From contig CBDEUM010000030.1 of the NCBI GenBank assembly GCA_965242925.1, forward strand, positions 288,001 to 352,000: 64,000 nt of DNA. Direction: 5' to 3'. Shown here piece by piece: positions 20,104-30,629 of this stretch. Below the pieces are notes generated by a model. That model had not been told where the DNA came from. It did no database searches and saw nothing but the letters and a program-made list of their open reading frames with translations. How positions within the stretch are numbered: the first letter of the stretch is position 1; every line of letters starts with the position of its first letter. A program made the position numbers and the translations under genes. The stretch comes from Roseibacillus sp. (lineage in GTDB: Bacteria > Verrucomicrobiota > Verrucomicrobiia > Verrucomicrobiales > Akkermansiaceae).

Positions 20104-20362
20104 AGGGCATTTCCGGAATGACGCGCAAAACCACCAGCAGATTCTACACCCTCGCAAGAGTCGAGCACAACAAAGCATTGTTGATTCATCGTTCCAGGCA
20201 AATTCATCGCCAGCAGGCTAGGTAAATCGTGTCATAATCACGAAAGCACGCATGCTGCTTCCATGCCCCGAACGGAATCACATGGACGCAAACACTGTAC
20301 ACGTACACACCATTGTTCAGTTGTCGAGTTTCCTAAACAAACCTTCGGACAGTTGATTGGCG

Positions 20363-21928
20363 ATGAGCCTTAATTCAGAAAGCATATTCAGCGAACACTT
20401 CCGAGAGACACGCCGCCAACTGCGTTCGTTGTGGCTGAAAATATGGGGCGGTGGATTCGCTATCGTCCTCATCGGATTTTGCTTGGCTTGGTTTTTCATC
20501 CAGCCAGCGCCTCCACGTGAGATACACATGGCGGTTGGTTCACCAGATGGTGCCTATTTTCAATTTGCGAACGCCTATGCAGACGAGCTAGCGAAGCAGG
20601 GAATCGTGCTTCATCTTCATACGAGCAATGGATCACTGGACGATTATGAATTACTGCAAAAAGATGACAAAATCGATTTGGCAATTGTTCAAGGCGGGAC
20701 TGCTGCAGCAAACAAACTTTCAGACCCCAACATCGAGTCACTGGCTAGTTTGTATCTAGAACCAGTCTGGGTATTTTACCGCAGCGTTGAACCTTACCCT
20801 GACCTGCGTTCTTTCAAGGGCAAAACAATTGCCACCGGTCGTTTTGGTAGCGGCACAGCAGCTTTGTCAGCGCTACTCTTAAAAGAAAATGGAATCACGT
20901 CATCCTCCACCAATTTCCTGCCGATTGGCGGTCTTGAATCAATGCGCCAACTCAAAGATGGATCCATTGATGCAGCATTTTTCGTCACATCCCCAAGTGC
21001 TCCCGCGGTCCAGTCGCTGGTACGGATTCCAGGCCTTCGTCTGCTCGATTTCGAGCGTCACGAGGCATACTCAAAACGGCACCCCTTTTTGTCAGCTGTG
21101 CAACTCGAAGAAGGTGTCGTTGACCTTGAGAGAAACTACCCAAAATCCAATGTCCACTTGATTGCGCCGGCTGCTAACCTCATCGCCAACAAACGTTTAC
21201 ACGACTCGTTAATTCCGGTGCTACTACGTGCAGCTGATACCGTTCACCAAAATGAGCCGAGCCTGTTTCAGCACCCCCAACTTCCATCTGCACAATACAT
21301 TGAATTCCCCTTAAACGAATCAGCAAGACTCTATTTTGAGTCTGGTCCACCACTGCTTCAGAAGTACCTGCCTTTTTGGGTTGCTTCGTTTTTCGATCGC
21401 GGAGCAATTCTGTTGCTGCCTGCCCTGACTTTGCTTTTTCCACTCTTCAAAATTGCCCCCCCTCTCTACCGTTGGCGAATTCGGTCGCGCATTTACCGCT
21501 GGTACAAACTACTCCGCGAAATGGAAACGGACCTGAGAGGTGAAGACAATATCGAGAAGCTGCGCGTTCATTGGAACACATTGCAAATCATGGAAACCGA
21601 ACTCGATGACCTCCAAGATGTTCCATTGGCATACATGCAGGAGTTCTACAGCCTCAGACTGCACATTGAATTCGTAGAAAGACGTGTCATTCGCAGGCTC
21701 AGACTGAATAACGATTCAGGTGAGCATTCGGATAGCGAGAATCCGACCGACACACAATCAGGGAAAGAAACGGATCCAAGTGCGACAATTCTGAGAAAAA
21801 CTGAAGAAACAATCGCGATCGATTCAACAGTCCCATTTGACGCCGCTCAAGCAACGGTGACCGACATTCAATCCGAACAAAGTGATTCATCCCCCAACAA
21901 CAGCGACGCATCCCCTAAGAATCAGTAG
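20363..21928 (+). CDS. TAXI-family TRAP solute-binding protein, membrane-anchored form
   Basis: PAPPREIHMAVGSPDGAY, DLAIVQGG, SLYLEPVWVFYR, YLPFWVA and LYRWRIRSRIYRWY. Confidence 0.85.
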   Translation: MSLNSESIFSEHFRETRRQLRSLWLKIWGGGFAIVLIGFCLAWFFIQPAPPREIHMAVGSPDGAYFQFANAYADELAKQGIVLHLHTSNGSLDDYELLQKDDKIDLAIVQGGTAAANKLSDPNIESLASLYLEPVWVFYRSVEPYPDLRSFKGKTIATGRFGSGTAALSALLLKENGITSSSTNFLPIGGLESMRQLKDGSIDAAFFVTSPSAPAVQSLVRIPGLRLLDFERHEAYSKRHPFLSAVQLEEGVVDLERNYPKSNVHLIAPAANLIANKRLHDSLIPVLLRAADTVHQNEPSLFQHPQLPSAQYIEFPLNESARLYFESGPPLLQKYLPFWVASFFDRGAILLLPALTLLFPLFKIAPPLYRWRIRSRIYRWYKLLREMETDLRGEDNIEKLRVHWNTLQIMETELDDLQDVPLAYMQEFYSLRLHIEFVERRVIRRLRLNNDSGEHSDSENPTDTQSGKETDPSATILRKTEETIAIDSTVPFDAAQATVTDIQSEQSDSSPNNSDASPKNQ

Positions 21929-21993
21929 GGCGTCGAGCCAAAAGAGCCGGTTCGACATCGCCTCATGGGTGTATCAGGCTCTGGTCAACACGC

Positions 21994-22114
21994 GTTGCAC
22001 CCCCACCTTCCCCGGTTCCTCAGCCTCCAGGAAACACGGCCCGAAAAAGCGATCCCCTAGCAGCCGATCCGCGTAGCGTAACCTCACCCTGCCCCGATCC
22101 TCGTGGATTGGGTC
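21994..22114 (+). repeat. Junction repeat, modules C-A'-A
   Basis: GTTGCACCCCCACCTTCCCCGGTTCCTCAGCCTCCAGGAAACACGGCCCGAAAAAGCGATCCCCTAGCAGCCGATCCGCGT, then AACCTCACCCTGCCCCGATCC. Confidence 0.9.
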
Positions 22115-22239
22115 ACTTGCTCCGCTTTGGGATTACGCGCTCCTGCTTGAGTCGATGCATCAGTAGTCCCACCAGGTCGCCTTCAGGTTCCCGGACCACT
22201 GGAGCGTGCTCAAGAACGTGATCGTGGTGAAGTGAACCC

Positions 22240-23130
22240 CTACCTGGGAATTACCACCCGCGACGGTTCGACAGTGGCTATAAAGTATCCGAGCGGCCTC
22301 TCATTCAGGTCGGCAATGAGCCACGTTGCCTTGGAAAATGTCCCACGGGTGAGCGTCCCACCTGCCGCGATCTCGGCGTAGTATTTCAGTCCTCCACCGT
22401 ACTCAGCCCAATAGAGCTTCACCGCTTCACTCCTTGTGTTCTCGATACTGACGCTGCTGAGGTTGCCTCCTCCCTTGGAGCGCGGCGGCGTTTCCGTGCC
22501 GGCGGAAACCCACTTCAACTCGACGCGCACGGTTTTCTTCTCTTTCGCTTTGGCCATCTTCTTCCTTGCAGCAGCCTCGGCAGCGACCTTGTCGAGATTC
22601 ACTCCCCTCACGATTTTCAGCTTCGGTAATGACCGGGCGAGGTTGCTGCAGCCCTCATCGGTCACCCCGGTCTGCCAGACGTAGAGCCGCTGCAGCTTCT
22701 GCAAGGATTCAAGATGGACGAGTCCGGCATCGGTGACCTTGGTGCCGTAGAGATTCAGGTATTCAAGATTGGTCAAACCCGCCAGATGGGCCATGGCTCC
22801 ATCACCAACCCCCGTTCTCTCCAGATGAAGGCGTCCCAGATTGCTGAGATTCGCTAGCAGCTTGAGGCCCTCATCGCTTGTCCGGGTCCCTCTCAGATTC
22901 AGGGCGAGGACGGATTCCCCAAGCAGAGCGACCTGCGCCAGGGTGTCGTCTCCCATCGACTTGCCCTTCCGCTGGAACTCAATCTCCCAGCCTCCTCCCA
23001 GGGAACGGACGATCCCACCTTCATCGCGAATCGCCTGCAGGGCTCCGTCATTAGCATGCGAAAACGTACTGCCCGACAGGATGATGACTGCACCGCAGAG
23101 GAAAAGGGGCTTTTGGATAGAGTGGCGCAT
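22240..23130 (-). CDS. Secreted RNI-like leucine-rich repeat protein with C-terminal VHL beta domain
   Basis: LEYLNLYGTKVTDAGL repeats; IENTRSEAVKLYWAEYGGGLKYYAEI...TF...WLI matches the VHL-beta pattern; start trimmed to MRHSIQK. Confidence 0.75.
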   Translation of the reverse strand: MRHSIQKPLFLCGAVIILSGSTFSHANDGALQAIRDEGGIVRSLGGGWEIEFQRKGKSMGDDTLAQVALLGESVLALNLRGTRTSDEGLKLLANLSNLGRLHLERTGVGDGAMAHLAGLTNLEYLNLYGTKVTDAGLVHLESLQKLQRLYVWQTGVTDEGCSNLARSLPKLKIVRGVNLDKVAAEAAARKKMAKAKEKKTVRVELKWVSAGTETPPRSKGGGNLSSVSIENTRSEAVKLYWAEYGGGLKYYAEIAAGGTLTRGTFSKATWLIADLNERPLGYFIATVEPSRVVIPR

Positions 23131-23253
23131 TACCGGGTCAATGGCACGGCAGTGTACATGGTATTCCGCCCCTCGAACATCCTGCAAAGAGACGATCGCC
23201 GCATCTCCACAATTCCTGGTAGTTTTTAAGAAGAAATCAATTAGGATCAACTC

Positions 23254-24624
23254 GTGGATCATCATTTGCACTACACTCGGAGGCAGGTTCTTCGTTCGAG
23301 CGTGGCGCTGACGGGATTGACCCTCCCCAACTGGATGCAGATGCGGGCGCAGGCTGCGACCGAGCAGGCCCTCGAGACTGCTCCGAAGGCGAAGTCGTGT
23401 ATTGTCCTCTTCCTCTGGGGCGGATTGGCGCAGCAGGAGTCCTTCGATCCGAAGCCTGATGCCCAATCGGAGTATAAGAGCCGGTTCGGCGAGATCCCCA
23501 CCGCCACGCCCGGCATTCAATTCTGCGAATACCTTCCACTGCTGGCCAGGCATAGCGAGAAGATGGCAATCGTGCGGTCGGTGCACCACACCCAGGGAGC
23601 GCACGGAAGCGGACTCTACAAGAGCATGACCGGTCGCGATCCGATTGGCGGCACGAGAGCCCGCAATCGTGCCAACTGGCCGTCGCTGACCTCATTCCTT
23701 GGAAGGTTTCAGAAGCAGACTGCCGGTGTCCCCAATGCCATTCGCATGCCGCATACCATGTACGACAATGGCACACTCATGGCCGGTGACGATGCCGGCT
23801 GGCTGGGATCTGATTATGATCCGGTCATGCTTCGCATCCCCGACGGCACGCCCTATCAGGGGACGATCCGGCATACGGAGCCCGCACTCGATCTCACTCT
23901 CGGAGTCAAGTCGGACCGCTTCCGAAAGCGCCTCCTCATGCTGAACCAGCTCGAGCGCCGGCTCGCTGCGAAGGGGGCCGCTGAATACCAGGAACTGGAT
24001 CACTTCCGCCAGATGGCGGCCGACATGCTGGTCAGCTCGCCGGTCAAGGAGGCTTACGACCTCGAAAAGGAGGATCCCAGGCTGCGCGCGATGTACGGCG
24101 ATCACATGGGCGGACAGGGAATGCTTCTTGCCCGTCGGCTCACCGAGGTGGGAGTGCCGGTGGTTCAGGTGGTGTGTGCCGCCGAAGACCTTCAGGGCGG
24201 CTACTCGGACACATTTGACACCCATCACAATCACTTCCCCAAGATGAAGGAGCGACTCCTGCCCGTGTTCGACCAAGCCGCCTCCGCGCTTCTCACGGAT
24301 CTCGAACAGCGTGGGCAACTCGACGAAACCCTCGTTGTCTTCCTCACCGAGTTCGGACGCACGCCTAAGATCAATGGCAAGGGCGGACGCGATCATCATC
24401 CGGCCGTCTATTCCGTCGCGCTTGCAGGTGGCGGCATCCGGGGGGGGCAGGCCTACGGCAGCAGCGACAAGAATGCCGCCCTGCCCACCAGTGATGCCTG
24501 CACCCCGGCCGATCTCCACGCCACAGTCTACAAGGCGATGGGCATCGATCACCGGGCCGAGCTTCACGATCGGGAAGGACGCCCTTTCATCATCTGCGAG
24601 GGCAATCCGCTGCCACTGTTCTGA
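23254..24624 (+). CDS. DUF1501 family protein
   Basis: TRRQVL Tat-like start, AKSCIVLFLWGG, ESFDPKP, EFGRTPKIN, GRDHHP. Confidence 0.9.
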   Translation: MDHHLHYTRRQVLRSSVALTGLTLPNWMQMRAQAATEQALETAPKAKSCIVLFLWGGLAQQESFDPKPDAQSEYKSRFGEIPTATPGIQFCEYLPLLARHSEKMAIVRSVHHTQGAHGSGLYKSMTGRDPIGGTRARNRANWPSLTSFLGRFQKQTAGVPNAIRMPHTMYDNGTLMAGDDAGWLGSDYDPVMLRIPDGTPYQGTIRHTEPALDLTLGVKSDRFRKRLLMLNQLERRLAAKGAAEYQELDHFRQMAADMLVSSPVKEAYDLEKEDPRLRAMYGDHMGGQGMLLARRLTEVGVPVVQVVCAAEDLQGGYSDTFDTHHNHFPKMKERLLPVFDQAASALLTDLEQRGQLDETLVVFLTEFGRTPKINGKGGRDHHPAVYSVALAGGGIRGGQAYGSSDKNAALPTSDACTPADLHATVYKAMGIDHRAELHDREGRPFIICEGNPLPLF

Positions 24625-24638
24625 TTCGATCTCAATTC

Positions 24639-27068
24639 ATGTCCCCTGAAGTCCGCCTGTCACTTACTCTTTGTTTCGCTCTGAGCGCAACGACCCCCGC
24701 GCAGGAGGTCCGGTGGAGCAGCGACGAAGAGATTGCGCTGATCGGTCCCCATGCCCGCCACCAACTCGTCCTGATGTCACCCCGGCATGACCTGACACGG
24801 AAGGCGACATACACCTGTGATCCCGAGGGCATTGTCGAAGTAGACCAATCTGGCTACCTGCGTCCCCTGCGCAACGGGACCGCTACCATCACCGCCATCT
24901 GGAAGGACACTCAGAGCGCTGGCCGAACGGTCACGGTGGAACGGCATCATGAGGCAATCCCGGTGAGCTTCGCCAACGAGATCGTCCCTCTCTTTACCCG
25001 TCATGGCTGCAATGGTGGAAGCTGTCACGGAAAGGCGGGAGGGCAGAACGGCTTCCAACTCTCCCTCTTCGGATTCGAACCGTGGAAAGACAGGGATAAT
25101 ATTTCGGAGGGACGTAGTCGCCGCATCTTCCAAGCGGCTCCGAAACACAGCCTCCTTGTATTGAAGGCTTCCGGTCAACTTCCGCACAAAGGCGGATCCC
25201 GCCTGCACAAGGACAGTGACGACTATCGCCTCCTCGTGCGATGGATCGGTCAAATCAGTTCCACCTCCGACAATAGAAAAGAGACGCCCGGGGTCGAAGG
25301 AATCGTGGTCATGCCTTCGGAGCGTCTCGCAGCGGCCGGGGTGTCGCAGCAACTGCGCGTCACCGCTCACTTTACGGATGGATCGACCCGCGACATTACC
25401 CGCGCATCGGTTTACGAGTCCAACAATGAGAACATGGCGGAGGTGGAGCTTGATGGCCTGGTCCATCTCAAGGACAAGACCGGCACTGCTTCTGTCATGG
25501 TGCGGTTCCAGGAACACGTCACAGTTTTCCGGGCAACCATCCCTCTGGGCGTCCCCGTCGAGAACATGCCTGGACCGACTAATCTGATCGACGAGCATGT
25601 CTTTTCGAAATTACGGAGACTGGGGCTTCCTCCTTCCGGTCTTTGCGACGAAGGGACATTCCTGCGCCGCGTGACCGTCGATATTGCCGGTCGCCTTCCC
25701 AACCTGGAAGAAACCAGGGCGTTTCTCGCCGATGAGTCACCTGACAAGAGGTCGCGCATCATTGATGCTCTCCTGAACGGCAGCGGTTACGCCGACTACT
25801 TCGCCGGCAAGTGGGCTTCCATCCTGCGCAACCAGCGCCGGAATGATCGGCACAGACCCGATACTTACGCCTTTCACGAGTGGATTCGCCAGTCGCTGCA
25901 GGCGAATCGGCCCTATGACGGATTCGTCCGCGATATCCTGACCGCGACGGGTACGATTCGCGATAATCCTCCCGTAGCGTGGTACCGCAACGTGGGGGGC
26001 GAAAAGGAGCGCATGCAGGACATGGGACAGGTGTTCCTGGGAGTGCGGTTGCAATGTGCCCAGTGCCATCATCATCCCTACGAAAAGTGGAGTCAGGACG
26101 ATTATTATGGCCTCGCCGCCTTCTTCACCACCCTGGAGAATAAACAGGCCCGCCCCGGGGAAGGGGCTTTCGTCCATCGCTCCAAAATCGCTCTATCAAA
26201 GAACCCCAGCAGCGAACAAGATCTCGGTCCGGCCCTGCCAGGGCGAGGTTCACTGGAGCTTTCCCCCGGGGATGATCCCCGTCAGGCCCTGGCTGACTGG
26301 GTGGTCGATCCGGAGAACCCCTACTTCGCCCGCATGATCGCCAATCGTTACTGGAAGCATTTCTTTGGACGAGGCCTGGTCGATCCCGAGGACGACATGC
26401 GCACTACAAATCCTCCCACTCATCCTGCCCTTCTCGCCGCCCTTGAAGAGCATGTCATTAAGAGCAAGTTCGACCTGAAGGCGCTCATCCGGCTCATCTG
26501 CAACAGCGGCACCTATCAGCGCAGTAGCATCCCTAATGAGCATAACGGCGAGGACCAGCAAAACTATTCGCGCTTCTACCCCCGCCGCCTGCAGGCTGAG
26601 GTCCTGGCGGATGCCATCAACCAGCTCACCAATGGATCCGATTCCTTCCGGGGGCAGCCCGCGGGAGCACGGGCCGTGCAACTGCCCGACGATCAGTTTG
26701 CCCGCGAGTTTCACTTTCTCGCCATCTTCGGCCGGCCTAATATGGCCAGTGCCTGCGAATGCGAACGGAGTTCCAGCTTCAGCCTGGCCCAGGCAGTGCA
26801 ACTGGTGAACTCAAAGGAAACCAGTGCTAAGCTCGCCTCTCCCCTCTCCCGGGTTTCCCTTCTCCTCCGCGATGACGACCGCTCTGACCAGAGCCGGATC
26901 GAGGAACTCTACCTGAGGGCCTACTCCCGCCCCTCCACTTCCGAGGATCTAGTGATCGCCAAAAGCCACCTCGACGAGGCCAGCGCCAATCCAACGGCCC
27001 GGCGGGCCTCCTACGAGGATCTGGTCTGGGTGCTCCTCAACAGCCGGGAATTCATCTTTAACCACTGA
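24639..27068 (+). CDS. DUF1549/DUF1553 protein with Ig-like (Big_2) domains
   Basis: GCNGGSCHG, FLRRVTVDIAGRLP, CAQCHHHP, PTHPALL, LLNSREFIFNH. Confidence 0.9.
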   Translation: MSPEVRLSLTLCFALSATTPAQEVRWSSDEEIALIGPHARHQLVLMSPRHDLTRKATYTCDPEGIVEVDQSGYLRPLRNGTATITAIWKDTQSAGRTVTVERHHEAIPVSFANEIVPLFTRHGCNGGSCHGKAGGQNGFQLSLFGFEPWKDRDNISEGRSRRIFQAAPKHSLLVLKASGQLPHKGGSRLHKDSDDYRLLVRWIGQISSTSDNRKETPGVEGIVVMPSERLAAAGVSQQLRVTAHFTDGSTRDITRASVYESNNENMAEVELDGLVHLKDKTGTASVMVRFQEHVTVFRATIPLGVPVENMPGPTNLIDEHVFSKLRRLGLPPSGLCDEGTFLRRVTVDIAGRLPNLEETRAFLADESPDKRSRIIDALLNGSGYADYFAGKWASILRNQRRNDRHRPDTYAFHEWIRQSLQANRPYDGFVRDILTATGTIRDNPPVAWYRNVGGEKERMQDMGQVFLGVRLQCAQCHHHPYEKWSQDDYYGLAAFFTTLENKQARPGEGAFVHRSKIALSKNPSSEQDLGPALPGRGSLELSPGDDPRQALADWVVDPENPYFARMIANRYWKHFFGRGLVDPEDDMRTTNPPTHPALLAALEEHVIKSKFDLKALIRLICNSGTYQRSSIPNEHNGEDQQNYSRFYPRRLQAEVLADAINQLTNGSDSFRGQPAGARAVQLPDDQFAREFHFLAIFGRPNMASACECERSSSFSLAQAVQLVNSKETSAKLASPLSRVSLLLRDDDRSDQSRIEELYLRAYSRPSTSEDLVIAKSHLDEASANPTARRASYEDLVWVLLNSREFIFNH

Positions 27069-27117
27069 ATCCGGCTGCTGCAGGGTGTCTCTCGGCAGAG
27101 CAATCCACCACCCCACA

Positions 27118-29529
27118 ATGCCTTTCAAGACAACAAGGATTGTACCGCTGCAACTCGTCGCCCTGGTTACTGTCACCGGCTCTCTCCCCGCCCAGCTTCC
27201 TGTTCCGGTTCTGGAATCCATTTTTCCTGCGGGAGGCCAAGCCGGAACCACCGTGGAGGTCACCGTTACCGGGGAGGAACTGGAGGGGGCCACCGGGCTT
27301 CTCTTTTCCACTGCCCGACAAGGGTTCACCATCACCAGCGCAGCCCTTCCCACCACCGTCTCTCCCGGGAATCCCAATCGCTTCCGCCTGCAGATTCCGG
27401 CAAATGCCAAGCCTGGGTGTTACGGTGTCCACGTCCAATGTGCCCGGGGCCTGAGTTCCCCACGTGCCTTTGTGGTAAGCAACAGACCGGAGCTCATTGA
27501 ATCGGGATCAAATACAAGCAGGGACCGGGCCATGAAGATTTTTCCTGGAATCATCGTCAACGGACAGGCAGATGAAAGTGCCAGTGATATCTATCGCCTC
27601 GATCTGAAGGCTGGCGACAAAATCCGGATCGCCTGCGAATCAGAAGCACTCGCCTCCAGGCTCAGTGCAGGACTGGTTCTCTACGACGAGGCCGGACTCG
27701 AACTTGACCGGGATCGCAACAACTCCGATCGCAATGCGATGGTCGCGATGTCCACGCCCGTGGATGGGAGCTATTTCCTCCATGTCTCGGACTTCACCTA
27801 CCGCGGAGGAATCGGCTACACCTATCGTCTCGAGGTCGAACGCGGACCACAGATTTTCTTCCTCTTTCCTCCTGCCGCTCAGTCGGACAAGAACAGCACC
27901 TTTACTCTCTACGGACGCAATCTCCCCGGCAGTGATCCTTCCAAGCGGGTGCAGGTGGGCAACCGTCTACTGGAAACCCTCCAGATCAAGGGGTCGGTCC
28001 ACTCGCTCGAAGAATTCAAGGGTCATGGCCGCATCCGTCAGGCCATGGTGCCGACCAGGTCTTACCGACTTCAGGACGGAAACGATGTCTCGAATCCGGC
28101 ACCGCTGGGCATTGCGTCCGCACCTGTTGTTCTCGAGACCGAGACAGGAACCGACGGGCAACCCCAGAGTGTTCAAATCCCCTGTGAGGTCCAGGGCCGT
28201 TTTCACCGCACCCGCGACCTCGATCGTTACCGCTTCGAAGCCAGTAAGGATGATGAACTCTGGATTGAGTGCCTCGCCCAGCGCATCGGCACCACCGTCG
28301 ACCCAGTCGTTACAATCGAAAGGGTCATCCGGAATGAGCAGAGCGGAGAAACCGCCCAGCAGGCAGGCTCTGTCGACGACCTGGGGGATGACACCGGAGA
28401 ACGCAGGTTTCCACTTCCCTGTGGTGATGCTGCCATGTCCTTCAAGGTTCCCGAGGATGGGACCTATCAGGTCAGTATCCTCAACTTGGCTGGCCGCGGA
28501 GGAATCGACCAGGTCTACCGCTTGGCCATTCGCAAACCACTGCCAGGGTTCGAACTGCTGGCGATTCCCTGGCGCCAGGTTCACATCAAAAACGAAGTGG
28601 ATATCCTTACCCCGGTCCTCCCCCCGGGAGGAAAAACCGAGATCCGGGTCTTTGCCATGCGCCAGGGCGGATTTCAGGGAGAGATCGAACTCAAGATCGA
28701 TGGCCTGCCACCCGGGGTAGAGTGTCCCCCGGTCTCAATGGGTGGTGGCCGGGACTCCATCGTAACGCTCACCGCAGATCCCGGCACCGAACAGTGGGAT
28801 GGCCTCATTTCCGTGCAGGGAACCAGTGGGGGCCTGACGCGAACCGCCAGGATCGGAATGCTTCTCCACCGTGCGAAGGATTTCAGCAAGGAAACCTACT
28901 CCACGGCACTGGCACGAAGCCTCTCTCTTTCCATACCCGGAACGGGGAACCCCTTATCGATCATGATTCCCGGAGAACAGCGCTTTGAGATCACAATCGG
29001 CGACACCCTCGAGATCCCCGTGAAACTGCTCCGGCACCAACCCGGAGAAGAGGTCATCATCAGGTCGAAGGGACTCCCGCACAAGCACCCTGAGCTGAAG
29101 ATCCCCGCGAATTCCGGAAACGGATCACTCGTCATCGCCTCTGGCAAGCGGGACGAATTCCCAAGGGAGCCTGGCACCTGGACATTTCGGCTCATGGCGG
29201 AGGCAGCCTTCCAGCACCAGCCGGGTCCGGCCGCTGTCCTTCATGCCCGGGCTGGGCAAGCCCGCCTCAAGACCGAGGAACGAAAGCTCCTTGAAGAAAT
29301 CCAGGCTTCCCCCTCACTAGGCGCACCGGAAGCCCGCGAGGAAGCAGCGCTTCGCGCAGTGGAAGCGGCCCGAAGACTACCTGTCCTCCAGTCAGCGATA
29401 CGGGCCACCTCCGAGCGAATCAAGGTGATCTCGGAACGCACGCGAGCCAGCAGTCGCAAGATCCAGGTATTCTCCATTCCGCTGAGCATCACGGTCAAGC
29501 CACGTGCCACGGAAGAACCCCCTGAATAA
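27118..29529 (+). CDS. PPC (pre-peptidase C-terminal) domain protein of DUF1501/DUF1549 clusters
   Basis: SIFPAGGQAGTTVEVTVTG, DLDRYRFEA; third gene of the operon; start trimmed to ATG 27118. Confidence 0.8.
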   Translation: MPFKTTRIVPLQLVALVTVTGSLPAQLPVPVLESIFPAGGQAGTTVEVTVTGEELEGATGLLFSTARQGFTITSAALPTTVSPGNPNRFRLQIPANAKPGCYGVHVQCARGLSSPRAFVVSNRPELIESGSNTSRDRAMKIFPGIIVNGQADESASDIYRLDLKAGDKIRIACESEALASRLSAGLVLYDEAGLELDRDRNNSDRNAMVAMSTPVDGSYFLHVSDFTYRGGIGYTYRLEVERGPQIFFLFPPAAQSDKNSTFTLYGRNLPGSDPSKRVQVGNRLLETLQIKGSVHSLEEFKGHGRIRQAMVPTRSYRLQDGNDVSNPAPLGIASAPVVLETETGTDGQPQSVQIPCEVQGRFHRTRDLDRYRFEASKDDELWIECLAQRIGTTVDPVVTIERVIRNEQSGETAQQAGSVDDLGDDTGERRFPLPCGDAAMSFKVPEDGTYQVSILNLAGRGGIDQVYRLAIRKPLPGFELLAIPWRQVHIKNEVDILTPVLPPGGKTEIRVFAMRQGGFQGEIELKIDGLPPGVECPPVSMGGGRDSIVTLTADPGTEQWDGLISVQGTSGGLTRTARIGMLLHRAKDFSKETYSTALARSLSLSIPGTGNPLSIMIPGEQRFEITIGDTLEIPVKLLRHQPGEEVIIRSKGLPHKHPELKIPANSGNGSLVIASGKRDEFPREPGTWTFRLMAEAAFQHQPGPAAVLHARAGQARLKTEERKLLEEIQASPSLGAPEAREEAALRAVEAARRLPVLQSAIRATSERIKVISERTRASSRKIQVFSIPLSITVKPRATEEPPE

Positions 29530-29663
29530 CCCGCCAGAACCGGAAACATCCCTATTTTTATAGGGTTTATATCCAACAGAGGACCACCCCTGTACGCAGA
29601 ACCCCCCGGGAACGCAGGCACCATTGCCCCCCGCGCCTCGGCTGTGCTAGGAATCGCGGTGCT

Positions 29664-29762
29664 ATGAAGATGCTCGTCCTGCTGTTTGCCGCGCTACTGG
29701 TCGCGGGTTGTGGTGAGAACGCGGCGAGCAACTCCGCGTTCACGTCAGCTTCTAGGCATTGA
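29664..29762 (+). pseudogene. Orphan lipoprotein signal-peptide module (5' end of LRR-lipoprotein family gene)
   Basis: MKMLVLLFAALLVAGCGEN, DNA nearly identical to 33051 and 53854 starts; stops after 32 codons; B-like promoter at 29624-29653. Confidence 0.75.
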
Positions 29763-29806
29763 AGTTTGCAGCAGCTTCAGATTATCGTGACGCTTCGTTC
29801 TTAGCC

Positions 29807-30022
29807 ATGAACCCGCGATCAAACATCCAGCATCCAGCTCGACTCAATGTCGTCACACTCTTCGCCTGCATCTGGGCCTGCGTCGCAACGCCCCTCCACT
29901 CTGCTCCAACTCTCACCACCGATCGCATCCTCCAAAAAGCCCGATCGCACTGGGCGTTCCAACCGCTCAAGTTCGATCTCCCACCGCCCAACTCCAACTC
30001 CGGCTACCAAGGCGCCGAGTGA
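29807..30022 (+). pseudogene. 5' fragment of a DUF1549-type gene
   Basis: Signal peptide then ARSHWAFQPL, the motif that precedes DUF1549 domains (cf. EEHWAFVVP in the 47392 gene); truncated right after. Confidence 0.6.
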
Positions 30023-30356
30023 AGAAGTTAAGCCTGTCGAAGAAAAACAGCAGGAGGTTAAGCCTGAAGAACCCGTTGCTGAAACTGAAAAACCAGAACT
30101 GACACTGAAGGAGAGGGTAGTTGGAAAGTGGGATTTCGGAGGAGTTACCCTTATCTTTGATAAAAATGGAACGGCCAAGGCTATGAGAGGAGGAAATTTA
30201 ATAGGTGGTCGAACTTGGTTTATCAAAGATGGAAAGATTCATACAATTAGTGATGGCCCAGCTAAAACAGTGGTGATTTATGTAATGAATGAAGATGGTA
30301 ATTTGCAACATCCCTCTCGCGGTGAAGCAAAAAGAATTAAAACCGAAGACAACTAA
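30021..30356 (+). pseudogene. AT-rich 3' fragment of an exported/lipoprotein gene
   Basis: EEVKPVEEKQQEVKPEEPVAETEKPELTLKERVVGKWDF...; abrupt AT-rich shift near 30020; no own start or signal. Confidence 0.55.
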
Positions 30357-30391
30357 ACCAACCCGCTCCACCACTTGAACGCCGCAGGGTT

Positions 30392-30474
30392 GTTGCACCC
30401 CCACCTCCCGGGCCGCCATTCAGCCCAGCCGGCAAAAGGAAAATCCTAGCATTCATTGAAGGAAAATCCTAGCG
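30392..30474 (+). repeat. Junction repeat, degenerate module C with duplicated end motif
   Basis: GTTGCACCCCCACCT ... AAAAGGAAAATCCTAGC, and AAGGAAAATCCTAGC again at 30459. Confidence 0.65.
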
Positions 30475-30629
30475 TTCCTCGTTCCACTTGTTCGGTCTCG
30501 ATATCAAGGACGTCAACTACGCCTGCCCCAACGGGGTCACCAAGCTGACAGCTCGTCAACGGCCTGCTGAAGAACCCGGTGTGGAAAACCGCAACCCGGA
30601 AGGCCGCCCTGATGTGTAGCGTTCGCCGA

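Noticed and set aside
23131..23604. Long N-terminal extensions in ORF track (also 47393-47776, 55224-55379, 40277-40375)
   Set aside because: Antisense to other genes or reading through junction repeats; better starts lie downstream.
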